Below are positions 21,290-32,803 of a DNA stretch of 64,000 bases, piece by piece. Made by a program: the position numbers and the translations under genes. The stretch comes from Selaginella moellendorffii (lineage: Eukaryota > Plantae > Lycopodiophyta). Under the pieces are notes generated by a model. It saw only the letters and a list, made by a program, of their open reading frames with translations, did not search any database and was not told the DNA's origin. Every line of letters starts with the position of its first letter. The first letter of the stretch is position 1. The stretch is from NCBI RefSeq assembly GCF_000143415.4, contig NW_003314271.1, positions 1-64,000 on the forward strand, read 5' to 3'.

Positions 21290-22963
21290 GCAAATCTCCA
21301 GGTTCTTCTTCTATGAATGGGCCTTCTCTCGGGAAATGGCGCATCATCCACGAGAAAATCTTGGTCGTTCAGAACTCAAGGAATGTGCCCAAGATGGACG
21401 TCGTCCAGGGCTACGCGAAGAATGGTGGAAGTGGTGGAGCTAGATCAAAGAACTGGGATGCAGCCAAGAATGGTGAAAGTGGTGGGAGCGAGATCAAAGA
21501 AGTTGGATGAAGCGAAGTGAAGAACGGTGGAAGCGGTGGAACGAGATCAAAGAACTTGGATGAAGTGAAGAATGGTGGAAGTGGTTGAAGAATTTAGATG
21601 AAGCATAGAATCGATATTGAAGTAAATCTGACAACCAAAGCAGCTAGTCCAGTGGCAGGAGGTCCTGGGTTCAATCCCCAGTCTGTCGAAGCCCATTTTT
21701 CAACACATGACTTGGATGAAGCCAAGAATGGTGGAACGAGATCAAAGAACTTGAATGGTGGAACAAGATCAAAGAACTTGAATGCTGAAAGTGGTGGAGC
21801 GAGATCAAAGAATGGAAGCGAAGACAACGCTCTCGGCTTGTTCTGCTATAGCCGGGCTGCTAGCCGGATGTTCAAGCAGCTTTCAAGGCCTTACGGATCT
21901 GGTGAATGCTTGTAAAGGCCTGTGCTCGTCTCGCAAGCTCAGAAGAAGCTCACGGCGATCTCAAGCTCAAAGCTATGGCGCTCGAGCAGGGAATGGCCGT
22001 CCACGCTCAAGCCGCGAGGAGCTCGACGTGTTCGTGGCGTCTACGCTACATGTAAGTGTGGGAGCTTGAGGAGAGCTTTTGAGTTCTGGAACTCCTTGAT
22101 GCTGGGCTACTGCGAGAACGAGCAAGCCGGCATGGTGGTGCTGCTCTTCCACTTCATGCAGCTCGAGGGCTGTGGTCTAGACGCTGGATCCTTCGTTCCT
22201 CCGCTCAAGGCCTTGGCGAGTCTAGCATCGATCGAGAGAAGCCCGGAGACCAAGCCCAACTTGCTCGTCTTGCGGAGGAGCACGGCCTCGCTCCACTCGC
22301 AAGCGTCCGAGCGTGGCTTCGACTTGATCAACTGCTAGGGAGCTTGATGGAGGCAAGGAGAGTCTTCGACCGGATCGAGCAGCGCGATCCAGTGCTGTAG
22401 ACTTCGCTCATCGTCGCCTGTGCCGATGCCGGTGAGTCAAAGCTTGCGGGAGTGGCCCCGCGGCGCTGCTCGAGACGGGGAAGCTCGTCCATGGCGATGC
22501 ATGTTGACACGGCCTGGAAGTCGACCCGGGGGTGGTGGTCTCTCTCGTCGACTTCTACGGGAACATGGTCGATGCTCGCTGCGCTTTTGATGCAAGCTCG
22601 CAGCTCCTGGAGCGCGCTCTTGGCTGGCTATGGTCGCCGAGGTGATAGCAAACTGGTGCTCGAGATGTTCCACAGGGCCACGGACGAAGGCTTGCGGCTT
22701 GAGCGTGGTGGTGGTCTTGTTGATCAAAGGCCGGGAGTGCCGGCATGTGTTCGTCCCGGGATGGAGGACGGATATCTTGAGGGGGGCGGACGAGATGGAT
22801 GAAGCAGTGAAGCTTGCGAGGACGATGTCTAGACGAAGCGGTGGTGAATTCTCCGTTGGCGTGGCACCAGCGGCTTGTAGAAAGTGGAAGAATTGAGGTG
22901 ACTTTTGAGGAGCTGAGTGGTGAAACTGTATACAATCTTATGGCAAATGCTTGCTCGACCTGA
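21290..22963 (+). pseudogene. Deleted and frameshifted copy of the PPR gene at 10499-13156
   Basis: Collinear identity with the start, repeat array, FWNSLMLGYCENEQAG... segment and stop region (gcaaatgcttgctcgacctga); many internal deletions. Confidence 0.92.
21606..21710 (+). mobile_element. tRNA-derived (SINE-like) insert within the PPR pseudogene repeat array
   Basis: A-box TAGTCCAGTGG (21645-21655), T-arm/B-box CTGGGTTCAATCCCCAG (21665-21681), TTTTT (21696-21700); absent from the intact PPR. Confidence 0.5.
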
Positions 22964-23054
22964 AAAGGTGTGATTTTTCCCAAGCAAATGGCTTGTATAT
23001 CTATCAAGAAGAATGCAACAACGAGCTTACGATCGCGAACTCCTTGATCTTTTT

Positions 23055-26000
23055 TTACGCTGCCAGGCTCTTGGAGGCGATCTCAAACACATTCTCCGAC
23101 AGGCCATCGGTTTTAGCAATGCGTTCCAGTTGAGCCTACGAGGACAAAGTCACACACATTTGAGAAGAGAAGACCTGGAAAACAAACACTGCCTAACCTT
23201 AGCCAGCGATTGTCTGCCTTCATCAAAGCGTTTCCACCTCGACAATGACGATACCATTCGCGATGCCACCTGTGAGGACGAAGTTAAGATACGAAGAAAG
23301 TGTGCTTGCGAGTTACCTGAGGGTTCATTTTGTCCAACTGCAAAGTCACCTCTGCCAAAAACTCGTAGCCAGAGCCATCTTTAGCGTGAAAGTTGACAGC
23401 GGTTCGACAGAAAGGACCGATCAGAGAATACACCTGTGTAGCAAGGATGTTTTAGCTCCTGAGAAAGGTGATCTGAAACACAGAACCTTGTTTGGGTTCT
23501 TCATGTCGAAGGACGGATGATCTAGCAATCGCCTCATGTTCTTAACATTTCCAGGGATATCAGACATAGATTGTAACACCAGCCATTTGTTCACAACCTG
23601 CATGTTTTTGCTCAGTCTCCATGAAAAAAGAAGCAAAGGAAATTCTTACCAAAGTTTCGTCCTTCCACTGCTCGTAGAAGTTTGCCAAAGCTTCATCACG
23701 CACGTCCCCAGGATTCTGGCAAAGTGAAGAGAGGGCTGCAAATTGATCTGTCATGTTTGTTGCGCTTTTGTATTCGTTCAAAGCAAGCTCAGTAGTGTCC
23801 GCCTCGTCCAGAGAGCAGAGGTAGCCTGCAAATCACGCACTCAAGTCTAAGAGAACTATCAAGGAAGCGACTCACCGAGAGCGAGGTTTTTTAAGGATCT
23901 CCTGGCTTTGTTTTTGTGATCGAATGTGTAGTGCGGATCAGAACTTCGGTTTTCAGTCACCTGCATCAGAAAACGGATGTCATGGCAGAAACAAACACGA
24001 TAAGTCTATACTCACAGTTTTCAGGAAATCTTGCTTCAGTTTCGACGCAAGCTCTCTTATCACGAATTTTCGGACAGTATGTACTGCATCTGGATCTGCA
24101 ACCTCCATCAAGTCCATCAGTTCGCTTTCTCCAGGAAGTGTTAGTGCCTTTGCCACAAATTCCTGTAATATGTCCGTCAGCTAGAGCCTAGAAGCATGAG
24201 AAAAACATGCCTTATCTAACGAGGAATCGTTGAGAATACTGCGCATGCCTTCCACAAATGCGGATGGAACCGCGAGCTGTTCGTTTCTTTGTGCTTTCGG
24301 AATAAGATCCAGCATAAGTTTTCTTCCCATCGTCTGTCCAGCCTCCCATCTGTTAAACTCGTCGGAGTCATGCGCGAGCAAAAAGAGCAAATCGTCATCC
24401 GTCACAGTCGGTGTCACAAGGCGCACGGGAGCACTAAAGTTTCTTAGGAAAGATGGCACAGGTTTCTCAGGCAAATTGAGAAAAGTGAACTCTTGCTCTT
24501 CCTGCAAAAGTACACTGGTTAGAACACCAAAACCAAACAAGATGCACCCTCACCTTATCAACAAGAAGTACTGCTGTCTTTGCAGGTCCCCCCGCTGTGT
24601 CTTTCAATGACTTGAGTGATCCTCCATCAAGCAACTCGGTCAACACCATATCTTCGCCTTTTGAATTTAGTAGACCCACAGCCAATGGTATTAACGTCGG
24701 CTCCTTCACAGGTTGTCCAGGTGTAGAAGGAATTTCTTGCCTAAGGAGAAAACGCAGGAGAAATAAAGAATAGAAAGGCCACCTCTTACTTGCACTTTAC
24801 AGTATAGCTACGAGCTGCAGCATCATACGCTGTCGAAACAGTAAGAATGGGTGTTCCAGCTTGAGAATACCTGTAAGAACATGGTCAGGCAGGTGAACAC
24901 TCGTGCATTAGCTTACCATCTCAAGAAAACTGAAAGATTGGCGGAATTAGCGTCTCGCATAGCAGCAAAGAAATCCTCGCAAGTTACAGCTTGTCCGTCG
25001 TGACGTTCAAAGTACAAGTCCATGCCCTGTGCAACACCGTCTGCAAAGATATAAGAATACTGAACACAAACCTTCCGAAACCCATCTTTCCCAAGCAATG
25101 TTTGGTACATGCGAACGACTTCCGCACCCTTTTCATACACCTGTAGACATAGACGTAGAATTAAGACGCCTAACAATATCGTTTTCGAACTTCTTACCGT
25201 CACTACGTAAATAGTAAGGACAGATAACAAAATGTCAGTCGCGGCAAAACTACAATTCTAAAGCTCATACCCGTATAGAAGTTGTCCATCTGCAAATAAG
25301 CTCTTTTTTAGTAAGAGTTTTTGCAAATGAGGAGTACCTTAATGTAAGAATGCGGACGGACAGGGTGCGCCATGGGACCAGCGTCCTATTGCGGACAAGA
25401 AGGTCAGTGTGATTTGAAGAGAAAGAAGAAGAAAAAAACCTCTGGTACCTCTGAGAATTGTGCTGTTCTGAGAAGAGCGACATCACCGATACGTTTGACA
25501 GGTCGAGAGCCCATGTCAGAAGAAAACTCCTGTAACTTGGCATTTCAGTACACAAAGAAACCAACGCAAAAACTATACGCACCTGATCCCTGAAAACTGT
25601 AAGACCCTCCTTCAGACTCAATTGAAACCAATCACGGCATGTCACCCTGTATTACATGACTATATCAGCTAAAGCAGTGACAATGCGACGACGTACCTAT
25701 TCCCAGTCCAATTGTGGAAGTACTGCAAAGCAAACGTAGAGGTTAGTGGTTGTAGAACCTCTAATTCAGACCAACCTCATGACCAATCACACCCAAAATT
25801 GCCGCGTAGTCAACATCTGTAGCAGTTTCAGCAGACGCCAGAACAAGTTTCGAGTTGAATATCTGATACGAATAGAAAAATTAAGTGAATACAACAGCAA
25901 AAAAGACACACATTCAAGCTCTTGTTCTCCATAGCACCCCTACACCGTGCATCAGTTACCAAAAACGAACAAAAACAACGGCATCTTACATGTTGAAATC

Positions 26001-27584
26001 GGGAACAGCGACAATGTTAAACAGGTCAAGATCATACTCCAACCCATACACCTGTGCGAAGTTGAGATAAAAGAGAGAGAGAGAGAAAAGACTTCTACTT
26101 ACATCCTCATCCCACTTCATTGAAAGCTTGAGAGCATGCATAGCATGCTCTGTCTTTGGAACGTCTTGTGCAGGAGTCCAAATCCTCAGTTGAACATCCC
26201 TTCCTGAACGCGTTTTAAAAGTATCGTCTCTGGACGTGAGTTGCCCCGCTACCAAGGCAAAGAGGTAGCAAGGCTTTTTGAAAGGATCCTCCCACACAGC
26301 ATAATGAAATCCATTCTGACCACAGCACGTCGGGCTCTACACAATGCCAGTGAAGAAACAATGCCAACCTCGAGGTCTCCGGAGTCTATAAGGTTGCCAT
26401 TCGACAAAAGAACGGGATACTGTGCTTTGTCCGCTTCTATCCTGGTAGTGAACTTTGCCATAACGTCTGGCCGATCCTGTAATAGCTCGCCAGAATGTCA
26501 GCCAAACATTGTCACAAAAAAAGACCTGGTAAAAGGTTATCTTTCTAAAACCTTCAGCTTCGCATTGTGTACAAAACATGCCGCTGGAAGACTTGTAGAG
26601 CCCCTGTTGGAAAAAAAAAAGTAACCATTCTAAAAAACTTGATCCCACTTACTTCGAGAGACAAGTTAGTCTCCGGGTGTATCTCAGAGCCAATCTCTAA
26701 ATCAAAAGGCTGAACAGGAAGTGACTTCAACGTCAGATGACGGCTGGTCAGCTCAACTTCTTCCAGCTTCCGTTCTTCGCCGTTGATTTTAACAAAGAGA
26801 AGTTTCACGTCACGACCATCCAAAACCAATGGCGGGCTTTCACCTGCATGGCTTCTGGTTAATGACTACCAAGATAGCGGACGAAACAACGAAAGTGAAA
26901 AAGAAAATACTTGAGTTTCTCGGCAAAACCCGGATCTTAGACACCACGGTTGTCTTTTTCTCAGACAGAACAAATTTCAGCTCGACCTGGGTGGAAAAAA
27001 CGAAATCAGCATCCAAAATCCACACGGTGCGTTACCGTGTCAAAGTGATAGCCAGTGGGCTTGTAATCCTTCAAAAAAATCTCCTTGGGAGCCTCCTTGA
27101 CAGCCATCTCTTCAGCTACAGGAGAAGCTCCAACACTCGCTGTGGAGAATTGGCTAGACCCTGCAAAAGCACGCTACAGTTCACGACATGTGTTAGTCCG
27201 TAAGCTTCACGAAAATGAAAGAAAAAAAAAGTACCGGCAATTTCAATCGGCTTCCGCGCACGCAACCAAGTTCCTACATTTTTTGTTCGAAGATGAGAAC
27301 CATAAACAATGCTTGAAACATCTACCTTGAATTTCGAAGACAAGGCAAACGTGGAACTGGATTTACAGTACCGAGTGAAGCTCCTTGCCTGCAAAAGCAA
27401 GTAGCAAATTTAGAGGAAGTAAAATTGACATGAAAAGGAAGAACCGAGAGAGAACAAAAAGAAGAATCTGAAGCAAGAAGAAATAAAGCACCGGGAAAGC
27501 TCTGGTGGCTAATGACAGTCGCGAGGAGACGGCCAAGACGAAACTAAGCCCTGGTCTCTGGCAAGGCGCCATGACGGTGGCCAT
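23055..27584 (-). CDS. M1 aminopeptidase N (PepN-type, puromycin-sensitive), copy 1, apparently intact with N-terminal transit peptide
   Basis: Many short exons: [56 protein letters not shown]|[14 protein letters not shown]|YFHNWTGNR|[42 protein letters not shown]|[16 protein letters not shown]. Homologous to Arabidopsis MPA1-type enzymes. Confidence 0.9.
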
Positions 27585-27794
27585 TTCTCCTCTAAAACCC
27601 CTAAAATCCAAAGACACAACACAGGCAGCTCCATTCTTTTAGAATCTCTACTGCTGGAGATCATCAAAGCACGAATGCGCTGCGCACAAAATCACGAAAA
27701 ACCTCACCCGATCGGCGCCCACGCCCAGCGCCTCGAGCAAATATTATCGCTCGCCTCTTTTAGGTCAACACGGCACTAAAAGTTAGCGAGGTAT

Positions 27795-27855
27795 CTAAGG
27801 ATTAAAAGTTACGAAGGACTAAAAGTTACTACCAAGGATTTAAAAGTTACTACTC
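27795..27855. repeat. Short degenerate tandem repeat (TAAAAGTTACT-AAGGA) upstream of the aminopeptidase promoter
   Basis: About three units; a related array at 40296-40362. Confidence 0.7.
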
Positions 27856-28444
27856 GTGGCCCCGCGACCAAGACTGATTGGTTTAATCTTCCTTTGCCTG
27901 ACAGAAAGGATCGATCACCTCATTGATAAGATGATTTTCATTCAAGAACAGACCGAGCCTGGTCTCAAGGAACATTGTTTTCTCCACGACTTTTGGGAAG
28001 TACTAGACAACCTTCAAATCTGCTATGGCCAGTTCGCACAGAGCACCTTATGGAAACTGCTACTGAGCCTTACACCACCCATCTCTATGCTTGTCCCGGC
28101 TCCAGTCACGCTGCTCTACTTGCGAAACAGAAGAATGCGAGTAATGAGCTCATCGATTCCATCCTGGGAGTTCCATGGCGGTTCACGTTCCTGGAGCCAG
28201 CGCTAACTTTAGAAGGACGAGACAAAGACTAAAAGCAAGTTATCAAAGCGCTTACAGCATTGGGACTCCTATATATTATCTAAAAAAAAAGGACCTCCCG
28301 GAAAGTCTAAATTTAAGAATTTACACTACCCTAAATTTAGTACAAGCTCATTGTTTAGTACAAGAAAGGCTCTGCGTTTACTGTAACAAAAGCAAAAAGA
28401 TATTATTTTATATATAAACACAAGAAGGAATATCTTGTGATAAA

Positions 28445-29017
28445 TTAATCCATTACCGGCCTGTTGTCAAATTCATCCGAAAGGCAGTAAAAAAAGAAGT
28501 GATGGTTGATTGCAATTAGGATGTTATTCAATATAGCATTTCTAAAGAAGAAAAGACTAAAACTAAAAAAGAAAAACAAAAAGAAAATTTACCATTCATG
28601 AGTGACCCAAAACGCATCTTTTATTGCATTAGTGAATTCTGGTTTAGCACAATTTGGTAGAAACTGGACATTTAGTTTTATCCGTTGATATATTTGCTTG
28701 TTAGGTAAGGGGGAAAAGTTGCCTCCGCAGGCATATCCTCAAGCCGAGGAAAGTAGGCCCTTTGTCCCTAGAAATTATGCAAAGAAAAATAATATTACAA
28801 AGCCCGATACAAATATAAAACTTACACTTCTTTCCTAGAAAAACTTATCTATTGGATATTCTCCATGCTCTGTTTGCCTTTCTAACTGCTACATATGGAT
28901 ATGTAGTCTTCACTCGATTGATACCCCCTAAACAAAGTAAAACAGGAAAAGATCAAATCCATCTAATTTAGAACATTGCACACCTGAGAGAATTCCTAGA
29001 GATGATCTGGTTTTCAT
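28445..29017 (-). pseudogene. Orphan 4-exon gene family, degenerate copy A
   Basis: Homologous to 36899-37496; premature stop in exon 2 and deletions. Confidence 0.75.
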
Positions 29018-29299
29018 CACTGGAAAAAGCATTCACAGTAGAGCTAAGAGATGAAACTCAACATGCACTGGCAAACTCAGTAAAGACAAGAGAAAGAAAA
29101 AGCTTGCATAGTTAGATAGGGGAATCTTTGGCTGTCTCGTTGAGATTTGGCCTTCTCGACCTCCCAAAACACAACAAAGAAAGAAGCATCTTGGATGGAC
29201 AATTGCCAGCAAGGATTCCCTAAAGAAAAAGAGAAAAAAATGAGAGAAAACTAGACACAACAAACCTGGAAAGAACGGCCAGCGATGGCAGCCGGATCA

Positions 29300-29900
29300 T
29301 TTGGCTCAAACGATCCAACGGTGTGGATCGCAACTCCCCGATAACCTAAAACCTGCAAACTTCACTGGAACATGGTGGAGATATGCGACACCCCGAGCGA
29401 CCCAGAGAGTAGTCAAGCTTGTTGTCCTCCTTGTCTTTGAAGAGGTGTAGGCCATGGAGCTGGATGAGGTTGTCATGACACAAGAAAGCAATCTGTTGTG
29501 GAAGTCCCCGTCCTCTTGTTTATTTCTTCACAGCTAATATCATCTCCTCTGTAGACGGAGCCGATTGGCTTTCAGTTTTCATGAAGGAAAACTGGGATGA
29601 AGAACCACTGAGAGCTGCCCACAATGATCAGGTCCATAGTACTCTGGCAGTGATGCTGGCAGCTGGAAGACCATCTTCGTCACTGTTGGGAACTTGCATA
29701 GAGTTACTGGAGACCCTGCTTTCGAGCTTCTGCGCCTTCGATTCTCCAGAAGGGAAGAGCTTACCGCCACCATCGCTTAGCTTGGAGGATTGCACAAACA
29801 TATCTCTGGTGTCGTCGAGAAAGCCACGAACCTCTGAGCCCAACAGAGGCAAGAACAAATATCAGTAGCCGTAGTAACATTGAATCTAAAGACCAAGAGG
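29300..29900 (-). pseudogene. Scrambled receptor-like kinase fragments (recurring near 43440-43800, 46680-46900 and 57960-58580)
   Basis: HDNLxQLxG, VLVYEFL, VARGVAYLH motifs spread across copies. Confidence 0.55.
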
Positions 29901-30867
29901 CATTGATGTGTTCTGGGAAAGACCTCTCCCCTGAAAGGTCAAACCAATCAGCTATTTCTCTACTGATAACTAGTTATTAAGTAAACCAGTTTTGGTTCCC
30001 GCTACACTGAATGCTAGCGGACTGTTACTGCATCTGTACACTGCAGTCTTTGTTGCTTAAGCCGAGATGGTCTTGTCCATGGGTCAGAAATTCTGGATAA
30101 AAGTAAATGATACGCACCTGCAACGATTGAGAAGAAGTCGAGAGAGAGGTGAGGACCATGATTATGCTGAAATCCAAATTTTCCGCAACAAGCTATGAGC
30201 TGAGCACCTGAGCTCCCCAGAAAAACTATTCATCATTGGATACGTCTCTAGACGGTGATAGTAGAGTCCGTGAGTGCCAATTCCAGAAAGAATGCATCCA
30301 CAAGTAGATAGCTACAATTCCCTCACCTTTATCTGTTTTGATTCCAGCAACCTCCATAGTCCTATATCTGCTTTATAGAAGTAGAGCAGCGTAATTTTTT
30401 GTACTCCTATTTACCACCTTCCCATCCATCCTTGAGCATTTGCTGTTGGCAATCCTTCCTGGTGGAAAGCGTTCGTCCCACGCATGCGGTCCTTTAAAGT
30501 TTGTACTGAGGAGCAAAACTTGAGGAATCTATGCCTTTGCGTTTCTTAGGCACTGGAACTTTGAAGCATAGCCAGAGGCTTGAGTGGCTCGCTGAGAGAC
30601 TAGAGAGACCACTCTCTCTTGGATTCTTGATCGAAACTTTTCTAGTTTGCACTAATTTTAGTATGGATTATATCTAATTTCTGTAAGACTGGGAACTTCC
30701 TTCCTAGTAAGTATATCACTGGCCATTGCACGCAGAGTGAACCATATAGGAGACTTATGTGATGACTACCTGTTGGCTGCCTTTCTGAAGTAACAAAGTT
30801 TGGAAGGGGATTGCAAGAAGTTCCACCGGGTAAATGTGATTAAAATGGGCTTACATGGCATAGTGTT

Positions 30868-32718
30868 AGGTTGTTTTCTGACTTCATTCAACATAACATT
30901 CCCCTGGTTGCACAAATGATACATAATATTGCTTTCTATTTTGCTCAAGAAAAGAAAGATAACAAGGAAAAAATGAAAAAAAAAAAAGAATTAATGTACC
31001 TCTTGTTTGAAAATGAGCTTCTAGCAAAGCAGATGGCTTCATGCATAATAAAGCTGGGAAAAGAGCTAAAAACAAAACAAATAGCCCAAACAACACTGAG
31101 GCTAGCATAGGAGATAAGCACATGATAAAAGATTAGGAGAAACAACATAATCTACACCCACTAGTCTCCTACTTTTTGTTGGGCACTTACAAACCACCTA
31201 AATAAAAGAAAGTTGAGAGTATGGAGTAGGTAGGAGCGTGGAGGAGCATAAAAGAAGGGAGTAAGAGTAGTCCAAATCAAACTTGCAAAAATTTTGCTAT
31301 ACTTTTTAACAGATATCTAGACTACCAAAACAAAATAAACAAGATATGAAGAATGTTTGTGCTTTGGTTGGCCCAACTATGTAAATAGTTAATAACAAAT
31401 GAATCCATGCTACCAAAAGGTTCATCTAGTTAGGTGTTCTTCCAAATAAACTTCCAAGAGAAGTGTATTCAATTAAATTAAAGAAATACATAAAAGGAAA
31501 AAAGAATCTAAGAAAATCTAGCAATTTAATAATCATATGTGTTGAGATTGTAGATAGCATAATTAGATTCAATGATGTTGAGTAAGTTATTGTATGCTTG
31601 TCATTGATTTTAATTTGCCAATTAAACTCACACACAATATATATTATGAAAGGATATTATGGATCAAACATATTCATAAGCTTGTGGTTGATATAGTTTT
31701 ATGAATCTATATTGTATAACACAAGAATGTAGTCATAGCAATGCTCAAATACTTATGATTGATGATTATCAAAGTTTGTTGTTGAGATAGGAGTGCTAGA
31801 AACATTAGCCACTTCTCCTTGTGAAAATCTAAGTCATTTGGCTAAATGTTGTTCTAAATAAACTTTAAAAAGAAATGCATTCAATTAAATCAAAGAAATA
31901 TGTAAAAGGAAAAGAGAATCTAAAGGAAATCCAACAATTTAATAACCATATGTGTTGGGATTATGGATAACATAGTTAAATTCAATGATGTTGAGTAAGT
32001 TGTTGTATGTTTGTTGTTGATTTTTGATTTTCTAATTAAATTCATACACAATATATATTGTAAAAAGATATTATGGATCAAATATATTCATCAGCTTGTG
32101 GTTGACAAAATTTTATGGATCTACATCATATAACACAATAACATGATCATAATGATGCTCAAATGCTCATAATTGATGATCACCAAAGTTTGCCATCGGG
32201 ATAGGAGTATTAGCCACTTCTCTTTGCCAAAATACATGTTAATTGTTATCAGAAAGGTTTTAGAACATAGCTCTGTGGCATACCTATAAATTCAAATAAA
32301 CCAAGTGCAATATTTTATCCCCAATAGTTCACATAATTTGCAATTCTCCTTGCTTTACACACAACCATGAATATATAAATAAATATAGAGAAGATGTATA
32401 ATTAATTTAACCTTCCATTTGCACAAAGACAATTATTTACTACTAATGGGGTTGGATCGTTATTATTGTCTTTCAAAAGTGTCTTGAAAATTAAATGAAC
32501 CATTTCTATACTTTACCATTGTTTATATCAATATTTATATAAAAAGTGAAAATGGGGTTAGTTTATTTTTAACATAAAATGTTACATAGAACTGTTATAC
32601 CTCCCTAATTGTATTTCTATGGTGGAGTGGATGGAGAAATAAATGAAGCAATCACTTTTAGTATATATTATGTTTTGTAACTTTGTCTTAAATATTTTTT
32701 ATTTGATTTGATTATAGA

Positions 32719-32803
<85 letters not shown>

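Noticed and set aside
21640-21700. Functional tRNA gene
   Set aside because: No anticodon arm or full cloverleaf; kept only as a SINE-like remnant.
27795-27855. Short repeats (also 40296-40362) as a CRISPR-like array
   Set aside because: Degenerate adjacent units with no unique spacers, eukaryotic context, no cas genes.
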